A stretch of DNA of 64,000 nt. Source: Escherichia phage SDYTW1-F1-2-2_3. Within the stretch, counting starts at the first letter, position 1. The number at the start of each line of letters is the position of its first letter. Shown here piece after piece: positions 9,231 through 17,396 of the stretch. The notes under the pieces were generated by a model. The model was not told the DNA's origin. It did not search any database and was given only the letters and a program-made list of their open reading frames with translations. The stretch lies in the sequence record OR296290.1; one strand, given 5' to 3'. The position numbers were made by a program, and so were the translations under genes.

Positions 9231-9542
9231 CTATTTAAGTTTGAGGCTAATGTTAAGGTGCATACATGCCCTGTTCTGTACAGCAGCATAACTTCTACCG
9301 AGCATGTCAGCCATTCTCTGAATAGACATGAACCCAGCATTACGGATAAGGAACTGGTCTTCTTCTTTAGACCACTTGACTCGGATTACAGCTCTAGAAA
9401 TACCGAACTTAGTGCAAGCTGTATTAACTGCATTCTCCGTTACATTCATAATCTGAGCAACTTCTTGAACCGAGTACTCTTTGATTAGTCTCCGAAGATT
9501 TTCAATCTGCATCGGAGTCCATATAGTTCTTCGAGCTTTCAT
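9231..9542 (-). CDS. DNA-binding protein with two helix-turn-helix (Myb/SANT-like) repeats (putative)
   Basis: W..EEDQFL and VQEVAQIMNVTENAV segments; start set to ATG at 9540-9542 with GGTGG SD. Confidence 0.45.
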   Translation of the reverse strand: MKARRTIWTPMQIENLRRLIKEYSVQEVAQIMNVTENAVNTACTKFGISRAVIRVKWSKEEDQFLIRNAGFMSIQRMADMLGRSYAAVQNRACMHLNISLKLK

Positions 9543-9543
9543 T

Positions 9544-9765
9544 TTACCACCCATGTCGACTTTTAACTAACACACCATCAATTATCAGATAATGCGAATG
9601 CCTTATCATGTCTGAAGACAGATCTCCATGAGCGCTATTCCACTGAAGGAAGTTCATATCCTTCCAATCAGTGTAGTGCTTTTTGGCTTCTTCCTCTATC
9701 TGACTAAGAGTTACCCTTCTGAAAGGATACGGACTATGTTTGATAAGTGTTTCACATTTTGTCAT
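9544..9765 (-). CDS. hypothetical protein
   Basis: 73-aa track ORF. Confidence 0.4.
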   Translation of the reverse strand: MTKCETLIKHSPYPFRRVTLSQIEEEAKKHYTDWKDMNFLQWNSAHGDLSSDMIRHSHYLIIDGVLVKSRHGW

Positions 9766-10060
9766 ATACCCTCCGATTAAATGTTTATATAAGACTTGCT
9801 TAGATAAAGATTCAATAAAATAGGGGGAGGGGACGAATCCTCCCTTATCCTATTAATTACTATTGCATGTAAGATCTAACAATCGGTTGCCTTTTTAGGA
9901 GTAAGCGTTATGCTCATCCAGCACTAAACTCCCGCCCCCTTAGTGGGCTGGGTTATTAAAGGGTAACGCCCTTATGGGCTAGTTACGTGAATGTTAGTTT
10001 GATAGGAGATCTGAAGTCCTATCTCAAAGGACTCTCGTAAGAATCCTTCACGATAAGCTC

Positions 10061-10234
10061 TTAACACGATTGGTCACACGGCTGATCACCGCATGTTTTA
10101 CAGATCACTGGTGAGTAAATACAGGCAGGATATACTGACACACCGTCAAATGTCTCACACCCACAATCAGGGCATGTACCGTTGGATTCCATGTCATAAT
10201 CATCATCCACTTCACCACCACCAAAACAGCTCAT
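10061..10234 (-). CDS. Cys-rich mini-protein (57 aa, zinc-ribbon-like)
   Basis: MSCFGGGEVDDDYDMESNGTCPDCGCETFDGVSVYPACIYSPVICKTCGDQPCDQSC; abuts stop of upstream gene; below track cutoff. Confidence 0.4.
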   Translation of the reverse strand: MSCFGGGEVDDDYDMESNGTCPDCGCETFDGVSVYPACIYSPVICKTCGDQPCDQSC

Positions 10235-10243
10235 ATGAACTCC

Positions 10244-10465
10244 TCAGTAAACTAAACCTATAGCCTTTGCATCAGGCTGAGGGACTACTTTTGCACTAGG
10301 GCGATAGCCATCCACGGAGCCATTCCAAAGATTGACACAGGTGATATACCCATCGTTCAAGTAGTCTGTTTTAATCCAGAAGTGTTTATCATGACCAAAA
10401 ATACTTCCGTTTGGCAGTGTGGACAGTTCAACAGTTTTAAGGGATTGTTTAGAATCTAATTTCAT
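10244..10465 (-). CDS. small protein, GDVF-family paralog
   Basis: 73 aa; LPNGSIFGHDKHFWIKTD...CVNLWNGSV. Confidence 0.5.
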   Translation of the reverse strand: MKLDSKQSLKTVELSTLPNGSIFGHDKHFWIKTDYLNDGYITCVNLWNGSVDGYRPSAKVVPQPDAKAIGLVY

Positions 10466-10474
10466 ATAAGTTCC

Positions 10475-10672
10475 TTAACATACCAAACCGTGTAAAAGAA
10501 ACATCCTCTTTGTAAGCTCTGCTTTAGCTCTGTAATAAGCCTTAGAACCTAATAGGCGGCTCTTAACAAAGAACTTGATGTCATTGCTAACATCTTGTAT
10601 TAAACGCTCCTGTACAGCTTCTGAGGAGCTATTAATCGAATCAATTAACACCTTTGTAGACGTGTAATTCAT
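10475..10672 (-). CDS. hypothetical small protein
   Basis: Track ORF trimmed to ATG at 10670-10672 directly after upstream stop. Confidence 0.35.
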   Translation of the reverse strand: MNYTSTKVLIDSINSSSEAVQERLIQDVSNDIKFFVKSRLLGSKAYYRAKAELTKRMFLLHGLVC

Positions 10673-10673
10673 A

Positions 10674-10973
10674 TCACCATTCCTTACCGGTTGTAGTCGT
10701 AGAGCCACCACACCACAACGCTGTATCAATCACAACATTGTCTGGCGTAGACTTCTCTTCATTAATAGAAGGGTTAGCATTAGAGCAGGTTGCTCCGTTC
10801 CAGCGCATATCAATCTCACCAGAAGGAACCTTCTCACCTTTATGCCAGCGAGATACACAAATACCATCCACTGCTACTGCACACCATCCATCAGGACGGC
10901 TCTGTACGCAGCCTGTAAGGGCCACACAGACAAGGAAGATACAGATTAAGGATATTACACCACCCCAACTCAT
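10674..10973 (-). CDS. lipoprotein (putative)
   Basis: N-terminal MSWGGVISLICIFLVCVALTGC has signal-peptide h-region and LTGC lipobox; Cys-rich mature part. Confidence 0.5.
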   Translation of the reverse strand: MSWGGVISLICIFLVCVALTGCVQSRPDGWCAVAVDGICVSRWHKGEKVPSGEIDMRWNGATCSNANPSINEEKSTPDNVVIDTALWCGGSTTTTGKEW

Positions 10974-11077
10974 AACTGCCTCCTATTTGATTTGGCGCAC
11001 CGTGTAGGACTCCAACCTACAACCCATTTCTTAGAAGGAAATTGCTCTCTGCAATTGAGCTAACGGCGCAGAATTAT

Positions 11078-11242
11078 TTAGATCATATCTCGCTTGGTGA
11101 TATGACCACATGTCTTACATTGAAGTATATAACGGGTTCCAGTATCTTCTATTTTACCGAACTCATCATACACATTTAAACGAATCTCTTTGACTGTCTC
11201 CCACTCGTGAAGATGGAAGAGATATTTAAACCACTTGAACAT
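11078..11242 (-). CDS. small protein (54 aa) with CxxC..H motif
   Basis: MFKWFKYLFHLHEWETVKEIRLNVYDEFGKIEDTGTRYILQCKTCGHITKRDMI; SD AGAGGGA; packed against neighbours. Confidence 0.35.
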   Translation of the reverse strand: MFKWFKYLFHLHEWETVKEIRLNVYDEFGKIEDTGTRYILQCKTCGHITKRDMI

Positions 11243-11243
11243 A

Positions 11244-11417
11244 TCAATCCCTCTTTTTACGGAACTCTGTCAGATTGAAGATCTTAGCGTCACTTACAGA
11301 AACCCCTTGATTTCTATGGGCGCGGTCTCTGGCTCGTCGTATCTGTTGCTTGCTTAAGAAAAGAACGAGTGAGTATTCTTCTCCATCTTCGAAAAATTTA
11401 ACCTCTTTTCTTTTCAC
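11244..11417 (-). CDS. small basic protein (GTG start, putative)
   Basis: GTG at 11415-11417 preceded by GAGG SD 5 nt upstream; avoids overlap with 11425-11676. Confidence 0.3.
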   Translation of the reverse strand: MKRKEVKFFEDGEEYSLVLFLSKQQIRRARDRAHRNQGVSVSDAKIFNLTEFRKKRD

Positions 11418-11424
11418 ATTAACC

Positions 11425-11676
11425 TCAAGCACAAGCAGGGAGAGTGATGATTTTATATCGACCCTCAAACTCTCCAAATAAACCCAAGAATGTAGGACTG
11501 TAAGTACCAGTACAAACAAACTCATCAAACAGTGCGTTATAGCTAGGCTTAATCTTCCAAGCCCATACATAACCCATCTTGTCAATTGCAATGTAACGAG
11601 TGTTCAGAGGAACAGTCATCATTACACCGTCAACTTCGATCACTTTAGTGATTGGTGCAGCTTGAAAGTTTTTCAT
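11425..11676 (-). CDS. hypothetical protein
   Basis: 83-aa track ORF; ATG overlaps stop of upstream mini-gene (ATGA). Confidence 0.45.
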   Translation of the reverse strand: MKNFQAAPITKVIEVDGVMMTVPLNTRYIAIDKMGYVWAWKIKPSYNALFDEFVCTGTYSPTFLGLFGEFEGRYKIITLPACA

Positions 11677-11849
11677 ACTTTACCTTTAATAAAGATATCA
11701 TTACCACAGACACAGCATGAACGAACAACAGTAGCGCCACGCTGAACGATACGAACCTCTTCCTTAACCAGATTAACACGAGCACCACAGCAAGGAGAGT
11801 TAACATAAGAGTAACCAGCTTGTGTATTCTTGATTGTTTGCTTAGACAT
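11673..11849 (-). CDS. Cys-rich mini-protein (58 aa, zinc-ribbon-like)
   Basis: MSKQTIKNTQAGYSYVNSPCCGARVNLVKEEVRIVQRGATVVRSCCVCGNDIFIKGKV; AAGAGGAAG SD; verified codon by codon. Confidence 0.4.
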   Translation of the reverse strand: MSKQTIKNTQAGYSYVNSPCCGARVNLVKEEVRIVQRGATVVRSCCVCGNDIFIKGKV

Positions 11850-11890
11850 TTTAGCTTCCTCTTGTTAGTTTAAGTAAGAGTTGTCCCTTA

Positions 11891-11924
11891 ATTAAAACAA
11901 CAAAGGCCACCCGATTGGGCAGCC
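11891..11924 (-). terminator. rho-independent terminator (minus strand)
   Basis: On minus strand GGCUGCCC-AAUC-GGGUGGCC (two G-U pairs) then UUUGUUGUUUU. Confidence 0.5.
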
Positions 11925-11934
11925 TTTTTATCTA

Positions 11935-12075
11935 TTAACTATTATATGTCCAACTACCTTGCTTGTTACGAATAGCTGACATTGCATGAATCCAGAAGCC
12001 TTCCAGTTTCAGAGCACCGTTAGCTACTGCATCCATACGTTCAGGGCGGTTCATACGTTTGGTTGATACTTTCAT
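11935..12075 (-). CDS. small protein (46 aa)
   Basis: MKVSTKRMNRPERMDAVANGALKLEGFWIHAMSAIRNKQGSWTYNS; followed by a minus-strand terminator. Confidence 0.3.
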   Translation of the reverse strand: MKVSTKRMNRPERMDAVANGALKLEGFWIHAMSAIRNKQGSWTYNS

Positions 12076-12330
12076 ACCTATCTCTCTTTGTTAGTGGAGG
12101 CATTATTGCCAGTTAATATAAAGGGAAGCCCTACACGTTAAGGCTTCCGCTTGTACAAACTGTCGAGAACTCTCTACCCCTAGATTGTTCTCTATCCCAA
12201 ACCGATACGTACCCCTACATATCAGAAAGTCTTTCGAAAATTAACAGGTTTTAGTCTAACACCGGATGTTCGAGCAAGCTCTCCCTAGCGGTGTGGCATA
12301 TGCCTGATTAATAAGTTAATGAGGAACACC

Positions 12331-12377
12331 CTCACATAGCCCTCTGATAAACACAAGGGCTATAGGTCGGTGTTACT
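12331..12377 (-). promoter_or_regulatory. conserved stem-loop element at gene 3' end (copy 2)
   Basis: Same arms ATAGCCC/GGGCTAT with different loop; overlaps stop codon of 12373-12591. Confidence 0.4.
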
Positions 12378-12591
12378 TTTGAGATAAACACAGATCAGGA
12401 CGTGGCATAACAGTGGTTGATAGGCCGAAGACTTCAACAGAACCACTGTTCAAGTCAGCAGCTTTACACAAACCGTCAGGAGTTTTATCTTCTAGCATCA
12501 GCCAGAAACGTCTGTCGTAAGAGAAAACATCACCACCCTTAACATCTTCTGCATTTGCATATTTAGGATAATCAACTACTTTAATGTCCAT
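12373..12591 (-). CDS. small protein, GDVF-family paralog
   Basis: VKGGDVFSYDRRFWLMLED...C..DLNSGSV. Confidence 0.5.
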   Translation of the reverse strand: MDIKVVDYPKYANAEDVKGGDVFSYDRRFWLMLEDKTPDGLCKAADLNSGSVEVFGLSTTVMPRPDLCLSQK

Positions 12592-12601
12592 CTAATTGCC
12601 C

Positions 12602-12820
12602 TTATTGATAGATAGAAAGGTGGATAAGTTTATTCACATGAGCGAAGTTAGGAAGGATTTGCATCTCATTGTTGAAGATATTAAAACAACGAACCCCGCC
12701 CTCTACAGCATAAGCAGATTTCTGAAACAAACTCCCTCCCCACACAAACACATCATGTGTTTCAAGAGATCGTAACTGAACAGCCTCGTCAACAACCTTC
12801 TTTTCAATGTTCATATTCAC
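12602..12820 (-). CDS. small protein, GDVF-family paralog
   Basis: LETHDVFVWGG...GGVRCFNIFN. Confidence 0.45.
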   Translation of the reverse strand: MNMNIEKKVVDEAVQLRSLETHDVFVWGGSLFQKSAYAVEGGVRCFNIFNNEMQILPNFAHVNKLIHLSIYQ

Positions 12821-13068
12821 TTCCGATTGGTAATTACTGCATCATGGATAACTGAAACAGGTAAGTTTGAATCCAACTTCATTACTTGATTGGTGCTTAA
12901 ACTAAGCACTACACAACCATTCCGAAGATCAGTCTCTGACACATGTGGTGTATATAACTGAACGATCATGTAATAATCAATACATGTTGCCTTAACTTGG
13001 AACACATCACCAAGTTTCAAATCACCCACACGCAATTCTTTAGCTTTAAGGTTCAGATCAATCTTCAT
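12817..13068 (-). CDS. small protein, GDVF-family paralog
   Basis: LKLGDVFQVKATC...DLRNGCVV. Confidence 0.5.
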   Translation of the reverse strand: MKIDLNLKAKELRVGDLKLGDVFQVKATCIDYYMIVQLYTPHVSETDLRNGCVVLSLSTNQVMKLDSNLPVSVIHDAVITNRK

Positions 13069-13294
13069 CTTTAGCCTCTATGTTGGTTATGTGGAGATCA
13101 CTACGCACTTGGCAGACCTCATCCCGTTTAAAAGGCATGAGCTTTCCAGTTACTACATCAACACAGTTGACATAATTGTCTGCGTACAATGTGTCGGTTC
13201 TGATGTAAAGGGACTCTTTACGCTCAAACAGAACTCCCGGCTTCATATTATTTAAGCGAAGCATTGTACGATCGGATTTAATATTAACTTTCAC
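13058..13294 (-). CDS. small protein, GDVF-family-like (GTG start predicted)
   Basis: GTG at 13292-13294 with AGGAG SD 7 nt upstream; MKPGVLFERKESLYIRTD...CVDVVTG pattern; ATG at 13264 is an alternative start. Confidence 0.35.
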   Translation of the reverse strand: MKVNIKSDRTMLRLNNMKPGVLFERKESLYIRTDTLYADNYVNCVDVVTGKLMPFKRDEVCQVRSDLHITNIEAKDED

Positions 13295-13580
13295 TGTTAA
13301 TCTCCTGCTGCTTAGCAATAGCCACTCGCAAGTCTTCATTAGCACGGGCAAGGCGCAACACTTCATGATTGAGGTTCTGAAGACGTTTATTTCTGTCTTC
13401 AACTTGCATAATAAGATCGTTGAGTGTTGCTTTAACTTTCTCATTATACATCTCATCCACTCGAACTAAAGATCTATACATTCTCTCCCAGCTTGCTGCT
13501 TTGTTTCTGAGAACAATAAACCCTATAACGCTGATAGTTAAACAGAGTACAAAAAGGAATTTATATACTTCTAAAGTCAT
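13284..13580 (-). CDS. membrane-anchored coiled-coil protein
   Basis: N-terminal hydrophobic FLFVLCLTISVIGFIVL then charged helical region. Confidence 0.5.
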   Translation of the reverse strand: MTLEVYKFLFVLCLTISVIGFIVLRNKAASWERMYRSLVRVDEMYNEKVKATLNDLIMQVEDRNKRLQNLNHEVLRLARANEDLRVAIAKQQEINSES

Positions 13581-13779
13581 ATTATTTACCCTTTATCAGA
13601 GATTAAAAGTAATATTATTTAAGTAAGTTATATTTAGTAAACTTATTTTCTAAGAAATTTTCAAAGGGTCTATATACAGAGCATTATCCATAGTCCCAGA
13701 ATACTACCATCTTTTTCAATAAATTTACTAAGTGGTTGGTTTATAAAGGAATTTAGTTTGTCAAATCTGGCACTAGTGA

Positions 13780-14169
13780 TTATTCCCTAGAGCTATTATC
13801 GAACACTAAATCACCACAATACATAGGATTGGCATACCATTTTGGCACCCCTTCGCTCTTACTCTGAAAGTAAGTCCCACTATACAGCGGAACATAATTC
13901 TTCTTAAGGGCACGTTTAGCAAGTCGCTCGCTTTCTCCAATGGCTTGCTTAGTCATCGGATTTTTATCACGAATCAGCTTTACATAACGTTTATAAGGTT
14001 TCTCCTGTTTTAATAGTACCGGAATCCACTCAAACTGGTTCTTTTGTCTTATCACCTGTTCAGCGGTCAGTTTTCGTTGAGCCATTCTATTTATTACGGT
14101 ATCCGCAACTAAAGCCTTACATGCGGTTGGCTGGTTCCCTGCCTCATAATAAATAGTCAATGTCAACAT
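13780..14169 (-). CDS. cell-wall hydrolase, SleB-like (putative)
   Basis: 129 aa; YYEAGNQ...ALVADTVINR and C-terminal PKWYANP..YCGDLVF resemble SleB-type hydrolase motifs. Confidence 0.45.
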   Translation of the reverse strand: MLTLTIYYEAGNQPTACKALVADTVINRMAQRKLTAEQVIRQKNQFEWIPVLLKQEKPYKRYVKLIRDKNPMTKQAIGESERLAKRALKKNYVPLYSGTYFQSKSEGVPKWYANPMYCGDLVFDNSSRE

Positions 14170-14217
14170 TAGCTGGGCCGTTGTTATCAGAACTTGCTAC
14201 CTCCTGTTTTACGGGCA

Positions 14218-14244
14218 TAAAAAAGCCCCAGCCGTAGCCGGGGC
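14218..14244 (-). terminator. rho-independent terminator (minus strand)
   Basis: GCCCCAGCC-GTA-GCCGGGGC (one mismatch) followed on minus strand by TTTTTT. Confidence 0.5.
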
Positions 14245-14304
14245 AAACCTGAAAGCAACACATGACCGTTGCTATAAATACACTCGCAAATGTACTTACA
14301 GCAA

Positions 14305-14330
14305 CGCAAAAAGCCGCTCAAAGGCGGCTA
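14305..14330 (-). terminator. rho-independent terminator (minus strand)
   Basis: AGCCGC-TCAAAG-GCGGCT hairpin followed on minus strand by TTTTTG. Confidence 0.5.
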
Positions 14331-14374
14331 TATGGAAGCTTCAAATGGGGAGAGGGCACGACGCGACAGAAAGA

Positions 14375-14392
14375 GCGTCATAGTACTAAAAG
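14375..14392 (-). promoter_or_regulatory. conserved 18-nt intergenic motif GCGTCATAGTACTAAAAG (copy 2)
   Basis: Identical 18-mer downstream of stop of 14410-14853 and upstream of two terminator hairpins. Confidence 0.4.
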
Positions 14393-14409
14393 AGGAGGCT
14401 GTATTCCTA

Positions 14410-14853
14410 CTACTTAACCCTTGCCTCTTTGATGGGGTCAATGTATTTCTCAACGCCCCATTTATGTTTACTGTCTGCGTAGAAAACATCAGGCGCACAC
14501 TGGCTTGTCTTAGGAAAAGCCTGAGGGTCTTTCGTGCTACCTTTAAACTTCTGTTTACCACGGGTGCGACCATTACAGAAGATTTCTAACTTCTTCTCCT
14601 CTTCTGTTTTAGCTCCCCCGCTCTTTAACAAAGAACGTTTATGATCAGCTAACAATAACGCATCAGCACGATGAACGCGATGGCCTACACGCTTTGCCAC
14701 ACTAGAAGGAATATGGGATTCAGCTTCAGCCTTTGCAGCACGACGTTTTAAACTGCGCTTACTAACGTGATTAGTTGCCTTTGGCTTCTCTTTTTCTAGT
14801 TCAGAGATAGAGAAACAGCGACCGCCCTTCATGCTGATTTTAGATTTAGCCAT
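14410..14853 (-). CDS. basic protein, hypothetical
   Basis: 147 aa, Lys/Arg-rich; ATG with AAGGAA SD. Confidence 0.5.
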   Translation of the reverse strand: MAKSKISMKGGRCFSISELEKEKPKATNHVSKRSLKRRAAKAEAESHIPSSVAKRVGHRVHRADALLLADHKRSLLKSGGAKTEEEKKLEIFCNGRTRGKQKFKGSTKDPQAFPKTSQCAPDVFYADSKHKWGVEKYIDPIKEARVK

Positions 14854-14921
14854 TGTCTTATTCCTTTAGTGATAAGTTATATCGGGCAAGCCCATCAAGG
14901 TGACAGGCTTGAACAAATAAC

Positions 14922-15131
14922 TCAATCAAGTAAACCGAATGACTTCCAACTGCGTAGCAGGATCGTACCGTCATCCATAGCCACACATAATTTTAGCAGT
15001 GTTTTGTTGGTACTACTCACCGTCGTAATTCGCCCAGTTGTACATTTACCTTTGTTGCTATAAAGATATACAACACGACGGCCTAACAAACGAGATGGCG
15101 CTTTCTTAAACTCTGAAATATTAGTGATCAT
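14922..15131 (-). CDS. hypothetical protein
   Basis: 69-aa track ORF. Confidence 0.4.
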   Translation of the reverse strand: MITNISEFKKAPSRLLGRRVVYLYSNKGKCTTGRITTVSSTNKTLLKLCVAMDDGTILLRSWKSFGLLD

Positions 15132-15349
15132 TATCCGTAAAACTCCAAATGATTAGCACGTTTATCTTTAAAGTAGGAGCATTCAATACCCCTTGCTTTT
15201 ATCTCTTCTTTACGCTGGTTAGTGTGTACAGTATCCCAGTGATTATCATCACGTTGGCGCTGTAATATCTTACTACATTTGCGATGATTTCCCGTGCTGC
15301 GATGTTTCTCACAAATAGGACACTTGCCAAAGTTATTACTGAATATCAT
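15131..15349 (-). CDS. hypothetical protein with Cys/His cluster
   Basis: GKCPICEKHRSTGNHRKC suggests zinc binding. Confidence 0.4.
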   Translation of the reverse strand: MIFSNNFGKCPICEKHRSTGNHRKCSKILQRQRDDNHWDTVHTNQRKEEIKARGIECSYFKDKRANHLEFYG

Positions 15350-15573
15350 TTTCTCAATCCCAGCTTTCTTAAGATACGGCCTAACGTTGTTTCTTGCGTG
15401 ATAATATAGCTGATCGCTTCACGTTCCAACGTTTCAATTTTCATTGGTGACGGATACCATTCACCAGTAAGCACGCATTTACATTCAACGCCATACTTTT
15501 TAGATAGGCGGTAATGTTGACCGTTGACAAGATTCCGATAAATCGTGGTATGCGTAATTAACATGATCGTCAC
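15346..15573 (-). CDS. hypothetical protein
   Basis: 75-aa track ORF overlapping downstream start by 4 nt. Confidence 0.4.
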   Translation of the reverse strand: MTIMLITHTTIYRNLVNGQHYRLSKKYGVECKCVLTGEWYPSPMKIETLEREAISYIITQETTLGRILRKLGLRK

Positions 15574-15675
15574 CTTTGATTAGATTCTTTGATTAATGCA
15601 CTAAATCAATGCACTGATAAAAGAAAAGGCGCTACCCGTTAAGATAGCGCCTTATGCTTATTTGAATTATCTTAC

Positions 15676-16575
15676 TTATGCTGCCTGACGTGCCGCCATA
15701 ATCTCAGCTGCCTTGCGCAATACTTCTTCTTCTTCTGCTTTCGCAGCTTGTTCGGTACGGGTAGCAACCGTTGAAGAGATACGACCGCGCAGACTTTCTA
15801 ACTTCTCCTGCATAGCTGCAACAACCTTTTCCATTTCATCAGCGTATGAATCAAGTGATTCTAATTCCTTGCTTGATGCGTTCATCAGATAATCGTCAGA
15901 GATCGCTACCGTTGAAGCCGTGACTTTCTTGATGAGTGAATCAAAGGACTTTTTAACTTTCCCCACTTCTTCACTCAAGGCAATAGTATTATCACTGGTA
16001 GCGCCATTACGCTCATCAGCCAACAATTTGGCTTCGATACGGATTGCATTCAAGCGTTCAACTAAAGCGTAAATATCTTGGTTAAAATCTTCCTTGTTTT
16101 TCGCCGGGATTTGCAGATGGGCAGCCACGTTGTCATTGCAACCTTTGTAAAAATTAGGGTTATCGACTTCAATTTCACGGCCTAAAGCAAAGTTTTCGAA
16201 AGCATTTGACCAGCGAGCGCGGTTTTGTTCCATTTTGGCCTTAATTTGCGCTTCTTTCGCATCTTCTTTCGCTTTCGCTTCACCTTCCAGATTAATCCAC
16301 TTCTTACGACCATTCGCCGCATCAGTGTTAAACTTGATAGGAGTTAAGAAAGTGATTGCAGTGGCGATCACATCCATATCGCGGAAACGTTCGGTTAACA
16401 GGAAATCAACCGCCGACTGCAATACATCTAACTTCTTGCCGTTGCTACGGAAGTGCTGCAAGTGCCCTAACAGAAAATTAGAAACATCTTGTTTGATCGC
16501 CGCGTTATTACTACGAATGTTGTTAGCCAGTGCGTTAAAACCAGATTCTTTTACCAGATTAAAAATTTTAGCCAT
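15676..16575 (-). CDS. hypothetical coiled-coil protein
   Basis: Track ORF begins at GTG (16584); ATG at 16573-16575 with AAAGGTG SD preferred; Ala/Glu/Lys-rich C-terminus. Confidence 0.5.
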   Translation of the reverse strand: MAKIFNLVKESGFNALANNIRSNNAAIKQDVSNFLLGHLQHFRSNGKKLDVLQSAVDFLLTERFRDMDVIATAITFLTPIKFNTDAANGRKKWINLEGEAKAKEDAKEAQIKAKMEQNRARWSNAFENFALGREIEVDNPNFYKGCNDNVAAHLQIPAKNKEDFNQDIYALVERLNAIRIEAKLLADERNGATSDNTIALSEEVGKVKKSFDSLIKKVTASTVAISDDYLMNASSKELESLDSYADEMEKVVAAMQEKLESLRGRISSTVATRTEQAAKAEEEEVLRKAAEIMAARQAA

Positions 16576-17396
16576 GATATTCACCTTTCAATTGTAAGGG
16601 CACTATGCCCCGCTCTCTATGAGCTTTTTAAGTCGCCATTGACTTATCGATAATCACTCATTGTTAAGTAATTATTGATAAGCGGGGCGGTCTTGTCAGG
16701 AGTTAACCTTGCCGCCCCCTTATCCGTGATGTTTCATCTGGTATCTTTAATTAGTCGCTATAAACGAAGCCGACCTGATAGCGATGATCAATCATCACAA
16801 TAAGGCTATGCGTCCGACTCTATTTAATTACATTACTGTAACCGTCGGCAATATCGTTTACTTTGCTTTCGCTCCCGCCTATCCTTTTATATCAGCTCTC
16901 TTTCGCTAGTCATCGCCCACTATGGGATACTATTGCGAAAGAGTCACTAACCGCCTACTATTCCGGCGTTTTATATCTTTCAGCAGGTTTACTACATAAA
17001 CCGGCTATGTACTTTCATCGTAAGACGAATCTCAAGCCGTTCACATCGTAAACGTTCGCACTAAACCTTATTGTTAAATAGCAATTTGCCATTCTTTAAC
17101 CATCCCCCACCGCCCTCAATTGGGCGTTAATTCGTCGGACTCGTCTGCCCTGATAAACTTCTTCACTGTAGCACCTTGTTAGCGATGGCTGCCGCTACCC
17201 TTAACCGTGGGCGATTAGCTTAAGCCGTTGCGTGTACTCAATGTATCCGCTTATCAGTGGCGACTTTTCCAGTTAAGGGATTGTAAAGCTGTTTACCCTG
17301 ATATTTTAGGGAGCCTTACACCGTTTTATCTGGTATGTTTTCCGATGGTTATTATCATCAAACATATGCAACCGATATATGGGAACGTTTAAATTA

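Noticed and set aside
9800-10060. Possible tRNA gene (TTCGAATCC-like ACGAATCC at about 9835-9845 inside a GGGAGG...CCTCCC hairpin)
   Set aside because: No acceptor stem, D-arm or anticodon arm can be built around it; the T-loop match is imperfect and the flanks are AT-rich.
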